From assembly GCA_965240325.2 (NCBI GenBank), contig OZ251238.1, positions 806,001-870,000 on the forward strand: a DNA stretch of 64,000 nt, written 5' to 3'. Source of the stretch: Rebecca billardiae RCC1528 (Eukaryota; Protista; Haptophyta). Each line of letters starts with the position of its first letter. Position 1 is the stretch's first letter. Both the position numbers and the translations under genes were made by a program. The notes under the pieces are model-generated. The model made no database searches and was not told where the DNA came from. It was given only the letters and a program-made list of their open reading frames with translations. Positions 44,700 through 58,400 of the stretch are shown one piece after another.

Positions 44700-46575
44700 C
44701 CCAACCACGGCACCGAGGAGTACCTCGGCCTGCACCTGAACACGACGGCGGGTCAGCTGCCGGCCTCGACCCAGTCCGCGCTGCTGGATGCCATCGCCGC
44801 TGAGCTGGGCGTCGACGCGTCGCGGCTCTCGTTTGAGGAGGTGACCGACCAGGGCGACGGCACCACGAGTGTGGTGATCAAGCTGACGACCGAAGAGTCT
44901 TCCGGCGAGTCGCAGGTGGACCCGACATCTCAACTCACACCCAACAACGGGCCGGGCACCCCGTCGTCACTCGCCGACCTGTCCGCCAAGCTGGGCGTGC
45001 CGGTGGCCGAGCCGCCGTACAACCACGTGCCGCCGTCGCCGCCGCCGGCACCGCCCTCGCCGCCGTCGCCGCCCTCGCCGCCCTCGCCGCCGCCTGACCT
45101 CGGCACCGAGGAGTATGTCGCACTCCGAGCAGCCGTTTCGTACGCCTACCTGCAGGGCCTCACGCCCGAGTCGCTGGCTTCCAGGATCGACGGCCTGCTC
45201 GGCAACCTCGCCCTCGAGCTGGGCATCGACGTGTCGAGGCTCTCGCTCGAGGCGATGCTGGACCAGGGCGACGGCACGACGAGTCTCGTGATCAAGCTCA
45301 CGACCGAAGAGTCTGCCGGCGAGTCGAAGGTGGACCCGACATCTCAACTCACACCCAACAACGGGCCGGGCACACCGTCGTCACTCGCCGATCTCTCGGA
45401 GCGGCTGGGCCTGCCGATGGCCGAGCCGCCGTACAACCACGTGCCGCCCTCGCCGCCGCCCGCACCGCCCTCGCCGCCGCCTGCACCGCCCTCGCCGCCC
45501 TCGCCGCCGTCGCCGCCCTCGCCGCCGCCCGACCACGCCAACGAGGAGTATCTCGCGCTCGAGATCTCGCTCACGCCCGCGCAGCTCGAGGCTACACGGG
45601 AGTCCCTGCTCGGCGCGCTCGCGACCGAGCTGGGCGTCAACGCGTCTCGGCTCTCGTTCGAGTCGGTGGCCGACCAGGGCGACGGCACGACCGAGCTCGT
45701 GATCAAGCTGACGACCGAAGAGTCTTCCGGCGAGTCGAAGGTGGACCCGACATCTCAACTCACACCCAACAACGGGCCGGGCACACCGACATCGCTCGAG
45801 GAGCTCTCGGAGAGGCTCGGCGTGCCGGTTGTGGAATCGCCTTACAACCGCGTGCCGCCGTCTGCGCCGCCGTCACCCTCGTCGCCGCCCAACCTCGAGC
45901 TGTACGACTACGTCGCGGTGATTGTCAACACGACCGAGTTTGCGGTCGACGAGATCGACTTCCTGGCGAAGGTGGCTGAGGCGCTCGATGTGGACGTGGA
46001 GCGGCTCTCGGTGCACGCGCGCGAGTTGACTGAGACTACGACGCGCATCGTGGTCCGCATCCGCAATAATCCGACCGTCGGCGATGCGCCGGTGGATGCA
46101 GTGGAGACGCTCTCACAGGAGACCCCCGCGGTGGTTTCGCCGTTGGAGCGGCTCACCGACACGCTCGGCCTGCCCGTCATCGAGGTGCCCACGGCCTTCG
46201 AGCCGCCCTCGCCGCCGCCATCGCCGCCCTCGCCGCCGCCGGACCTGACGGTGGAGGACTACGTCGAGCTGCGGCTCAACCTCACGACGTGGGAGGCGGC
46301 CGCTGTGGCGGACGAGCTGCTGGCCGCGCTGGCGGAGGCGGCGGGCGTGGACCCGTCGCGCCTCTCGATCGAGCGGATCGAGCCGCTCGGCGAGGACGAC
46401 GCCCTGGTCGCGATCAAATCGACGACCAACCCGGCCGCGGGCGAGACGCTGACCGACCTCACTTCCGTGTTGCAGCAGGTCACACAGCAGCCACCGGCGC
46501 CGGCTCCCTTGGACGCGCTGAGCTCGGATCTGGGTATTGAACTGATGAGCGTGCACAGGCACGTCCCACCTTCTC

Positions 46576-46628
<53 letters not shown>

Positions 46629-46998
46629 CCCAACCACGGCACCGAGGAGTACCTCGGCCTGCACCTGAACACGACGGCGGGTCAGCTGCCGGCCTCGACC
46701 CAGTCCGCGCTGCTGGATGCCGTCGCGGCCGAGCTGGGCGTCGACGCGTCGCGGCTCTCGTTTGAGGAGGTGACCGACCAGGGCGATGGCACCACGAATG
46801 TGGTGATCAAGCTCACTACCGAAGAGTCTTCCGGCGAGTCGCAGGTGGACCCGACATCTCAACTCACGCCCAACAATGGGCCGGGCACACCGTCGTCCCT
46901 CGCCGACCTGTCCGCCAAGCTGGGCGTGCCGGTGGCGGAGCCGCCGTACAACCACGTGCCGCCCTCGCCGCCGCCGGCACCGCCCTCGCCGCCGCCTG

Positions 46999-47042
<44 letters not shown>

Positions 47043-50000
47043 CCCGACCACGCCAACGAGGAGTATCTCGCGCTCGAGATCTCGCTCACGCCCGCGCAGC
47101 TCGAGGCCACGCGCGAGTCCCTGCTTGGCGCGCTCGCGGCCGAGCTGGGCGTCGACGCGTCTCGGCTGTCGTTCGAGTCGGTGGCCGACCAGGGCGACGG
47201 CACGACCAAGCTCGTGATCAAGCTGACGAGCGATTCGTCGGCCGGCGAGTCGAAGGTGGACCCGACAGCTCAACTCACACCCAACAATGGGCCGGGCACA
47301 CCGTCGTCGCTCGAGGAGCTCTCGGAGAGGCTGGGCGTGCCGGTTGTGGACACGCCGTACAACCACGTGCCGCCCTCGCCGCCGCCCTCGCCGCCCTCGC
47401 CGCCCGCATCGCCACCGTCACCCTCGCCGCCGCCCAACCTCGAGCTGTACGACTACGCGGCGGTGATAGTCAACTCTACGGAAGCCGCGTTTGCCGAGCT
47501 GACCGACGAGTTCCTCGCGAAGGTGGCCGCGACGCTGGGCGTCGACCCCGAGCGCCTCGACGTGCAGGCTGTCGACGGGCTGAGCGACACGGCCACGCGT
47601 GTCGTCATCAGCATCCGCAACGACCCTTTGGCTGGCGATGCGCCGGTGGATGCAGTGGAGACGCTCTCGCAGGGCCCCTCGCCGGTGCTCACGCCCGTTC
47701 AGAAGCTGACGGACACGCTCGGCGTGCCCGTGCTCGTGGTGCCGAAGGCGTTCGAGCCGCCCTCGCCGCCGCCCTCGCCGCCGTCGCCGCCGCCGGACCT
47801 GACGGTGGAGGACTACGTCGAGCTGCGGCTCAACCTCACGACGTGGGAGGCGGCCGCTGTGGCGGACGAGCTGCTGGCCGCGCTGGCGGAGGCGGCGGGC
47901 GTGGACCCGTCGCGCCTCTCGATCGAGCGGATCGAGCCGCTCGGCGAGGACGACGCCCTGGTCGTGATCAAGTCGACGGCCAACGCGGGCGAGGCGCTGA
48001 CCGACCTCTCCTCCGTGTTGCAGCAGGCGGCAGGTCCGGAGCAGGCGCAGGCGCCGCTGGACGCGCTGAGCTCGACGCTCGGGTACACGCTCGTGAGTGT
48101 GCACTCGCACATGCCGCCCTCTGCCCCACCGTCGCCGCCGACGCCACCCTCGCCGCCCTCGCCGCCCTCGCCGCCGCCTGACCACGCCAACGAGGAGTAT
48201 CTCGCGCTCGAGATCTCGCTCACGCCCGCGCAGCTCGAGGCCGCGCGCGAGTCCCTGCTCGGCGCCCTCGCTGGCGAGCTGGGCGTCGACGCGTCTCGGC
48301 TCTCGTTCGAGTCGATGGCCGACCAGGGCGACGGCACCACCAAGCTCGTGATCAAGCTGAAGACCGAAGAGTCTTCCGGCGAGTCGAAGGTGGACCCGAC
48401 AGCTCAACTCACGCCCAACAATGGGCCGGGCACCCCGTCGTCCCTCGCCGACCTGTCCGCCAAGCTGGGCGTGCCGGTGTCCGAGCCGCCGTACAACCAC
48501 GTGCCGCCCTCGCCGCCGCCGGCACCGCCCTCGCCGCCGCCTGCACCGCCCTCGCCGCCCTCGCCGCCATCGCCGCCCTCGCCGCCGCCCGACCACGCCA
48601 ACGAGGAGTATCTCGCGCTCGAGATCTCGCTCACGCCCGCGCAGCTCGAGGCCACGCGCGAGTCCCTGCTCGGCGCGCTCGCGGCCGAGCTGGGCGTCGA
48701 CGCGTCTCGGCTCTCGTTCGAGTCGATGGCCGACCAGGGCGACGGCACGACCGAGCTCGTGATCAAGCTGACGACCGAAGAGTCTTCCGGCGAGTCGAAG
48801 GCGGACCCGACATCTCAACTCACACCCAACAACGGGCCGGGCACGCCGACATCGCTCGAGGAGCTCTCGGAGAGGCTGGGCGTGCCGGTTGTGGACACGC
48901 CGCACGACCACGTGCCGCCCTCGCCGCCGCCCGCGCCGCCCTCGCCGCCCGCATCGCCGCCGTACCCTGCGCCGCCGCCCAACCTCGAGCTGTACGAGTT
49001 TGCGGCCGTGACGATCGACTCGACTGAGCTCGACTTCGAGGACTTCTCGATCGACTTCATCGCGGAGGTGGCAGCGGCGCTCGGCGTCGATCCGGATCGG
49101 CTGGCCGTGCACGCCGTCGAGGGGCTGAGCGACACGGCCACGCGCGTCGTCATCCGCATCCGCAACGACCCTTCGGCTGGCGATGCGCCGGTGGATGCGG
49201 TGGGGACGCTCTCGCAGGGGCCCTCCACGCCCACGCAGAGGCTGAGCGACGTGCTGGGTGTGCCCATTCTGGACGTACCGGACGCGTTCGAGCCGCCCTC
49301 GCCGCCGCCCTCGCCGCCGTCGCCGCCGCCGGACCTGACGGTGGAGGACTACGTCGAGCTGCGGCTCAACCTCACGACGTGGGAGGCGGCCGCTGTGGCG
49401 GACGAGCTGCTGGCCGCGCTGGCGGAGGCGGCGGGCGTGGACCCGTCGCGCCTCTCGATCGAGCGGATCGAGCCGCTCGGCGAGGACGACGCCCTGGTCG
49501 TGATCAAGTCGACGGCCAACGCGGGCGAGGCGCTGACCGACCTCTCCTCCGTGTTGCAGCAGGCGGCAGGTCCGGAGCAGGCGCAGGCGCCGCTGGACGC
49601 GCTGAGCTCGACGCTCGGGTACACGCTCGTGAGTGTGCACTCGCACATGCCGCCCTCTGCCCCACCGTCGCCGCCGACGCCACCCTCGCCGCCCTCGCCG
49701 CCCTCGCCGCCGCCTGACCACGCCAACGAGGAGTATCTCGCGCTCGAGATCTCGCTCACGCCCGCGCAGCTCGTGGCCGCGCGCGAGTCCCTGCTCGGCG
49801 CCCTCGCTGGCGAGCTGGGCGTCGACGCGTCTCGGCTCTCGTTCGAGTCGATGGCCGACCAGGGCGACGGCACCACCAAGCTCGTGATCAAGCTGAAGAC
49901 CGAAGAGTCTTCCGGCGAGTCGAAGGTGGACCCGACAGCTCAACTCACGCCCAACAATGGGCCGGGCACCCCGTCGTCCCTCGCCGACCTGTCCGCCAAG

Positions 50001-50079
50001 CTGGGCGTGCCGGTGTCCGAGCCGCCGTACAACCACGTGCCGCCCTCGCCGCCGCCGGCACCGCCCTCGCCGCCGCCTG

Positions 50080-50123
<44 letters not shown>

Positions 50124-51615
50124 CCCGACCACGCCAACGAGGAGTATCTCGCGCTCGAGATCTCGCTCACGCCCGCGCAGCTCGAGGCCACGCGCGAGTC
50201 CCTGCTCGGCGCGCTCGCGGCCGAGCTGGGCGTCGACGCGTCTCGGCTCTCGTTCGAGGCGGTGACCGACCAGGGCGACGGCACGACCGAGCTCGTGATC
50301 AAGCTGACGACCGAAGAGTCTTCCGGCGAGTCGAAGGTGGACCCGACATCTCAACTCACACCCAACAACGGGCCGGGCACGCCGTCGTCGCTCGAGGAGC
50401 TCTCGGAGAGGCTGGGCGTGCCGGTTGTGGACACGCCGCACGACCACGTGCCGCCCTCGCCGCCGCCCGCGCCGCCCTCGCCGCCCGCATCGCCGCCGTA
50501 CCCTGCGCCGCCGCCCAACCTCGAGCTGTACCAGTTTGCGGCCGTGACGATCGACTCGACCGAGCTCGACTTCGAGGACTTCTCGATCGACTTCATCGCG
50601 GAGGTGGCAGCGGCGCTCGGCGTCGATCCGGATCGGCTGGCCGTGCACGCCGTCGAGGGGCTGAGCGACACGGCCACGCGCGTCGTCATCAGCATCCGCA
50701 ACGACCCTTCGGCTGGCGATGCGCCGGTGGATGCGGTGGGGACGCTCTCGCAGGGGCCCTCCACGCCCGCGCAGAGGCTGAGCGACGTGCTGGGCGTGCC
50801 CATACTCGACGTACCGGACGCGTTCGAGCCGCCCTCGCCGCCGCCCTCGCCGCCGTCGCCGCCGCCGGACCTGACGGTGGAGGACTACGTCGAGCTGCGG
50901 CTCAACCTCACGACGTGGGAGGCGGCCGCTGTGGCGGACGAGCTGCTGGCCGCGCTGGCGGAGGCGGCGGGCGTGGACCCGTCGCGCCTCTCGATCGAGC
51001 GGATCGAGCCGCTCGGCGAGGACGACGCCCTGGTCGTGATCAAGTCGACGGCCAACGCGGGCGAGGCGCTGACCGACCTCTCCTCCGTGTTGCAGCAGGC
51101 GGCAGGTCCGGAGCAGGCGCAGGCGCCGCTGGACGCGCTGAGCTCGACGCTCGGGTACACGCTCGTGAGTGTGCACTCGCACATGCCGCCCTCTGCCCCA
51201 CCGTCGCCGCCGACGCCACCCTCGCCGCCCTCGCCGCCCTCGCCGCCGCCTGACCACGCCAACGAGGAGTATCTCGCGCTCGAGATCTCGCTCACGCCCG
51301 CGCAGCTCGTGGCCGCGCGCGAGTCCCTGCTCGGCGCCCTCGCTGGCGAGCTGGGCGTCGACGCGTCTCGGCTCTCGTTCGAGTCGATGGCCGACCAGGG
51401 CGATGGCACCACCAAGCTCGTGATCAAGCTGAAGACCGAAGAGTCTTCCGGCGAGTCGAAGGTGGACCCGACAGCTCAACTCACGCCCAACAATGGGCCG
51501 GGCACCCCGTCGTCCCTCGCCGACCTGTCCGCCAAGCTGGGCGTGCCGGTGTCCGAGCCGCCGTACAACCACGTGCCGCCCTCGCCGCCGCCGGCACCGC
51601 CCTCGCCGCCGCCTG

Positions 51616-51659
<44 letters not shown>

Positions 51660-53151
51660 CCCGACCACGCCAACGAGGAGTATCTCGCGCTCGAGATCTC
51701 GCTCACGCCCGCGCAGCTCGAGGCCACGCGCGAGTCCCTGCTCGGCGCGCTCGCGGCCGAGCTGGGCGTCGACGCGTCTCGGCTCTCGTTCGAGGCGGTG
51801 ACCGACCAGGGCGACGGCACGACCGAGCTCGTGATCAAGCTGACGACCGAAGAGTCTTCCGGCGAGTCGAAGGTGGACCCGACATCTCAACTCACACCCA
51901 ACAACGGGCCGGGCACGCCGTCGTCGCTCGAGGAGCTCTCGGAGAGGCTGGGCGTGCCGGTTGTGGACACGCCGCACGACCACGTGCCGCCCTCGCCGCC
52001 GCCCGCGCCGCCCTCGCCGCCCGCATCGCCGCCGTACCCTGCGCCGCCGCCCAACCTCGAGCTGTACGAGTTTGCGGCCGTGACGATCGACTCGACTGAG
52101 CTCGACTTCGAGGACTTCTCGATCGACTTCATCGCGGAGGTGGCAGCGGCGCTCGGCGTCGATCCAGAGCGGCTTGCCGTGCACGCCGTCGAGGGGCTGA
52201 GCGACACGGCCACACGCGTCGTCATCAGCATCCGCAACGACCCTTCGGCTGGCGATGCGCCGGTGGATGCGGTGGGGACGCTCTCGCAGGGGCCCTCCAC
52301 GCCCGCGCAGAGGCTGAGCGACGTGCTGGGCGTGCCCATTCTCGACGTACCGGACGCGTTCGAGCCGCCCTCGCCGCCGCCATCGCCGCCGTCGCCGCCG
52401 CCGGACCTGACGGTGGAGGACTACGTCGAGCTGCGGCTCAACCTCACGACGTGGGAGGCGGCCGCTGTGGCGGACGAGCTGCTGGCCGCGCTGGCGGAGG
52501 CGGCGGGCGTGGACCCGTCGCGCCTCTCGATCGAGCGGATCGAGCCGCTCGGCGAGGACGACGCCCTGGTCGTGATCAAAGCGACGGCAAACGCGGGCGA
52601 GGCGCTGACCGACCTCTCCTCCGTGTTGCAGCAGGCGGCAGGTCCGGAGCAGGCGCAGGCGCCGCTGGACGCGCTGAGCTCGACGCTCGGGTACACGCTC
52701 GTGAGTGTGCACTCGCACATGCCGCCCTCTGCCCCACCGTCGCCGCCGACGCCACCCTCGCCGCCCTCGCCGCCCTCGCCGCCGCCTGACCACGCCAACG
52801 AGGAGTATCTCGCGCTCGAGATCTCGCTCACGCCCGCGCAGCTTGAGGCCGTGCAGGAGGCGCTGCTGGCCTCGCTCGCGGCCGAGCTGGGCGTCGACGC
52901 GTCTCGGCTCTCGTTCGAGGCGGTGGCCGACCAGGGCGACGGCACCACCAAGCTCGTGATCAAGCTGACGACCGAAGAGTCTTCCGGCGAGTCGAAGGTG
53001 GACCCGACAGCTCAACTCACACCCAACAATGGGCCGGGCACGCCGTCGTCCCTCGCCGACCTGTCCGCCAAGCTGGGCGTGCCGGTGTCCGAGCCGCCGT
53101 ACAACCACGTGCCGCCCTCGCCACCGCCGGCACCGCCCTCGCCGCCGCCTG

Positions 53152-53195
<44 letters not shown>

Positions 53196-55464
53196 CCCGA
53201 CCACGCCAACGAGGAGTATCTCGCGCTCGAGATCTCGCTCACGCCCGCGCAGCTCGAGGCCGCGCGCGAGTCCCTGCTCGGCGCGCTCGCGGCCGAGCTG
53301 GGCGTCGACGCGTCTCGGCTGTCGTTCGAGTCGATGCTGGACCAGGGCGACGGCACGACGAGTCTCGTCATCAAGCTCACTACCGAAGAGTCTTCCGGCG
53401 AGTCGAAGGTGGACCCGACATCTCAACTCACACCCAACAATGGGCCGGGCACGCCGTCGTCGCTCGAGGAGCTCTCGGAGAGGCTGGGCGTGCCGGTTGT
53501 GGACACGCCGCACGACCACGTGCCGCCCTCGCCGCCGCCCGCGCCGCCCTCGCCGCCCGCATCGCCGCCGTACCCTGCGCCGCCGCCCAACCTCGAGCTG
53601 TACGAGTTTGCGGCCGTGACGATCGACTCGACTGAGCTCGACTTCGAGGACTTCTCGATCGACTTCATCGCGGAGGTGGCAGCGGCGCTCGGCGTCGATC
53701 CAGAGCGGCTTGCCGTGCACGCCGTCGAGGGGCTGAGCGACACGGCCACGCGCGTCGTCATCCGCATCCGCAACGACCCTTCGGCTGGCGATGCGCCGGT
53801 GGATGCGGTGGGGACGCTCTCGCAGGGGCCCTCCACGCCCACGCAGAGGCTGAGCGACGTGCTGGGCGTGCCCATACTCGACGTACCGGACGCGTTCGAG
53901 CCGCCCTCGCCGCCGCCCTCGCCGCCGTCGCCGCCGCCGGACCTGACGGTGGAGGACTACGTCGAGCTGCGGCTCAACCTCACGACGTGGGAGGCGGCCG
54001 CTGTGGCGGACGAGCTGCTGGCCGCGCTGGCGGAGGCGGCGGGCGTGGACCCGTCGCGCCTCTCGATCGAGCGGATCGAGCCGCTCGGCGAGGACGACGC
54101 CCTGGTCGTGATCAAAGCGACGGCCAACCCGGCCGCGGGCGAGACGCTGACCGACCTCTCCTCTCTGTTGAAGGAAGTGTCCGAGCAGCCCCCACCGCAG
54201 GCGCCGCTGGACGCGCTGAGCTCGACGCTCGGGTACACGCTCGTGAGTGTGCACTCGCACATGCCGCCCTCTGTCCCACCGTCGCCGCCGACGCCACCCT
54301 CGCCTCCCTCGCCGCCTTCGCCGCCGCCTGACCACGCCAACGAGGAGTATCTCGCGCTCGAGATCTCGCTCACGCCCGCGCAGCTCGAGGCCGCGCGCGA
54401 GTCCCTGCTGGCCTCGCTCGCGGCCGAGCTGGGCGTCGACGCGTCTCGGCTCTCGTTCGAGTCGGTGGCCGACCAGGGCGACGGCACCACCAAGCTCGTG
54501 ATCAAGCTGAAGACCGAAGAATCTTCCGGCGAGTCGAAGGTGGACCCGACATCTCAACTCACACCCAACAATGGGCCGGGCACACCGACATCGCTCGAGG
54601 AGCTCTCGGAGAGGCTGGGCGTGCCGGTGTCCGAGCCGCCGTACAACCACGTGCCGCCCTCGCCGCCGCCGGCACCACCGTCGCCACCCGCGCCGCCGCC
54701 CGACCACGCCAACGAGGAGTATCTCGCGCTCGAGATCTCGCTCACGCCCGCGCAGCTTGAGGCCGTGCAGGCGGCGCTGCTGGCCTCGCTCGCGGCCGAG
54801 CTGGGCGTCGACGCGTCTCGGCTCTCGTTCGAGGCGGTGACCGACGAGGGCGACGGCACCACGAAGCTCGTGATCAAGCTGACGAGCGGTTCGTCTGCCG
54901 GCGAGTCAATGGTGGACCCGACAGCTCAACTCACGCCCAACAATGGGCCGGGCACGCCGTCGTCCCTCGCCGACCTGTCCGCCAAGCTGGGCGTGCCGGT
55001 GGCCGAGCCACCGTACAACCACGTGCCGCCCTCACCGCCGCCAGCACCGCCCTCGCCGCCATCGCCGCCACCGTCGCCGCCGTTGCCGCCCTCGCCGCCA
55101 TCACCACCGTCGCCGCCTCCGGACCTTGAGAACGAGGAGTACGTCGCGCTGACGGTCGCGATGACGCCCGCGCAGCTCGAGGCCACGCGCGAGTCCCTGC
55201 TCGGCGCGCTCGCGGCCGAGCTGGGCGTCGACGCGTCTCGGCTGTCGTTCGAGTCGGTGACCGACCAGGGCGACGGCACGACCAAGCTCGTGATCAAGCT
55301 GACGAGCGATTCGTCTGCCGGCGAGTCAATGGTGGACCCGACAGCTCAACTCACACCCAACAATGGGCCGGGCACCCCGTCGTCCCTCGCCGACCTGTCC
55401 GCCAAGCTGGGCGTGCCGGTGTCCGAGCCGCCGTACAACCACGTGCCGCCCTCGCCGCCGCCCG

Positions 55465-55499
<35 letters not shown>

Positions 55500-58400
55500 C
55501 CCGACCTGGAGCTGTACGACTTTGCCTCTGTGATTGTCAACTCGACCGAGGCTGCCTTCGGCGAGCTCTCAATCGACTTCATCGCGAAGGTCGCTGTGGC
55601 GTTGGGCGTCGATCCGGAGCGGCTGGCCGTGCACGCCGTCGAGGGGCTGAGCGACACGGCCACGCGCGTCGTCATCCGCATCCGCAATGACCCCGCGGTG
55701 GGCGATCCACCCGTGGACGCGGTTGCGACGCTGTCGCCGAGCACGCTGCCGTTGACGGCTGCGCAGAAGCTGACGAATGCGCTGGGCGTGCCCGTGCTCC
55801 AGGTGCCCGACGCGTTCGAGCCACCTGCGCCGCCTCCGTCGCCGCCGTCGCCGCCGACGTCACCACCATTGCCGCCATCGCCGCCCTTGCCTCCTTCACC
55901 GCCACCTGACTTCAGCACGGAGGACTACGTCGAGCTGCTGCTCAACATGACGACTTCGCAGGTGTCGGCGGCGGCGGACGAGTTGCTCGCCGCGCTGGCG
56001 GAGGCAGCTGGCATCGACGCCTCGCGCCTGTCGATCGAGCGGATCGAGCCGGTGGGCGATGGCGCGTCGCTGGTCGTGGTGAAATCGACGGCCAACCCGG
56101 CCGCGGGCGAGACGCTGACCGACCTCTCGTTGATGCTCAAGCAAGTCTCAGATGAGCCAGCGCCCGCGTCGCCTTTGGACACGCTGGGCGCTGAGCTGGG
56201 GTACACGCTGGTGACCGTGCAGTGGCACATGCCGCCCTCGTCACCGCCCGTGCCGCCCTCGCCACCGTCACCGCCATCGCCACCGCCGCAGCTCGACTCT
56301 GAGGAGTACGTCAGCCTGCGCGTTGCGATGCCGGCGGACGAGCTGCTGCGCTCGGCCAACAGCTCGCTGCTCGCCGCTATCGCGGCTGAGCTGGGCGTCG
56401 ACGCGTCTCGTCTTTCGTTCGAGGCCATCACCGACCAGGGCGACGGCACGACCAAGCTCGTGATCAAGCTCACTACCGAAGAGTCTTCCGGCGAGTCGAA
56501 GGTGGACCCGACAGCTCAACTCACACCCAACAATGGGCCGGGCACACCGTCGTCCCTCGCCGACCTGTCCGCCAAGCTGGGCCTCCCTGTGGTGGACGAG
56601 CCGTACAACCACGTGCCGCCGTCGCCGCCGCCCTCGCCACCAACGCCGCCCTCGCCTCCTCCCTCGCCGCCATCGCCGCCATCGCCGCCATCGCCGCCAT
56701 CGCCGCCGCCCGACCACGCCAGCGAGGAGTATCTCGCGCTCGAGATCTCGCTCACGCCCGCGCAGCTTGAGGCCGTGCAGGAGGCGCTGCTGGCCTCGCT
56801 CGCGGCCGAGCTGGGCGTCGACGCGTCTCGGCTCTCGTTCGAGTCGGTGGCCGACCAGGGCGACGGCACCACCAAGCTCGTGATCAAGCTGACGACCGAA
56901 GAGTCTTCCGGCGAGTCGCAGGTGGACCCGACAGCTCAACTCACACCCAACAATGGGCCGGGCACGCCGTCTTCGCTGGCAGACCTTTCCGCCAAGCTGG
57001 GCGTGCCGGTGTCCGAGCCGCCGTACAACCACGTGCCGCCCTCGCCGCCGCCAGCACCGCCGTCGCCACCCGCGTCGCCACCGTCGCCCTCGCCGCCGCC
57101 CAACTTCGAGCTGTATGACTACGCGGCGGTGATTGTCAACTCGACCGAGGCTGCGTTCAGCGAGTCCTCGTTGGACTTCATCGCGAAGGTCGCCGCGGCG
57201 CTGGGCGTCGATCCGGAGCGGCTGGCCCTGCACAGCACGACTGGGATCACCGAGACGACGACTCGCGTCGTGATCCGCATCCGCAAAGACCCTGCCGTGG
57301 GCGAGGCGCCGGCTGACGCGGTCGCGAAGCTGTCGCAGGGCACGCCGCCGTTGACGGCCGCGCAGAAGCTGACGAATGCGCTCGGCGTGCCCGTGCTCGA
57401 GGTGCCCGACGCGTTCGAGCCCCCAGTTCCGCCGCCATCGCCTCCTCCGTTGCCACCCCCGCCATCGCCGCCCTTGCCTCCTTCACCGCCACCTGACTTC
57501 AGCACGGAGGACTACGTCGAGCTGAAGCTCAACCTGACGGGCTTGGACGTGGACGAGGCCAGCGCACAGCTGCTCTCCGGCATTGCCGTGGCAGCTTCTG
57601 TGGACCCGTCTCGCCTCTCAGTCGAGCGGATCGAGCCTCTGGACGATGGCATCGTGGTGGTCGTGGTCAAGGCCACCACCAACCCGGCCACAGGCGAGAC
57701 CTTGACGGAGCTTTCATCTGTGCTTCAACCGCATCCCCCAACGCCCGCTCCGCTGGATGAGCTGAGCGCTGTGCTGGGGTACACGCTGGTGACCGTGCAG
57801 TGGCACATGCCGCCCTCGTCACCGCCCGTGCCGCCCTCGCCACCGTCACCGCCATCGCCACCGCCGCAGCTCGACTCTGAGGAGTACGTCAGCCTGCGCG
57901 TTGCGATGCCGGCGGACGAGCTGCTGCGCTCGGCCAACAGCTCGCTGCTCGCCGCTATCGCGGCTGAGCTGGGCGTCGACGCGTCTCGTCTTTCGTTCGA
58001 GGCCATCACCGACCAGGGCGACGGCACGACCAAGCTCGTGATCAAGCTGACGAGCGATTCGTCTGCCGGCGAGTCGAAGGTGGACCCGACAGCTCAACTC
58101 ACACCCAACAACGGGCCGGGCACGCCGTCTTCGCTGGCAGACCTTTCCGCCAAGCTGGGCGTGCCGGTGTCCGAGCCGCCGTACAACCACGTGCCGCCGT
58201 CGCCGCCGCCCTCGCCGCCAACGCCGCCCTCGCCTCCTCCCTCGCCGCCATCGCCGCCCTCGCCACCATCGCCGCCCTCGCCGCCGCCCAACCACGCCAA
58301 CGAGGAGTATCTCGCGCTCGAGATCTCGCTCACGCCCGCGCAGCTCGAGGCCGTGCAGGAGGCGCTGCTGGCCTCGCTCGCGGCCGAGCTGGGCGTCGAC

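Noticed and set aside
47418-54707. 2,429-aa antisense ORF
   Set aside because: Antisense mirror of a GC3-biased repeated coding strand; Arg-rich with no domain signal.
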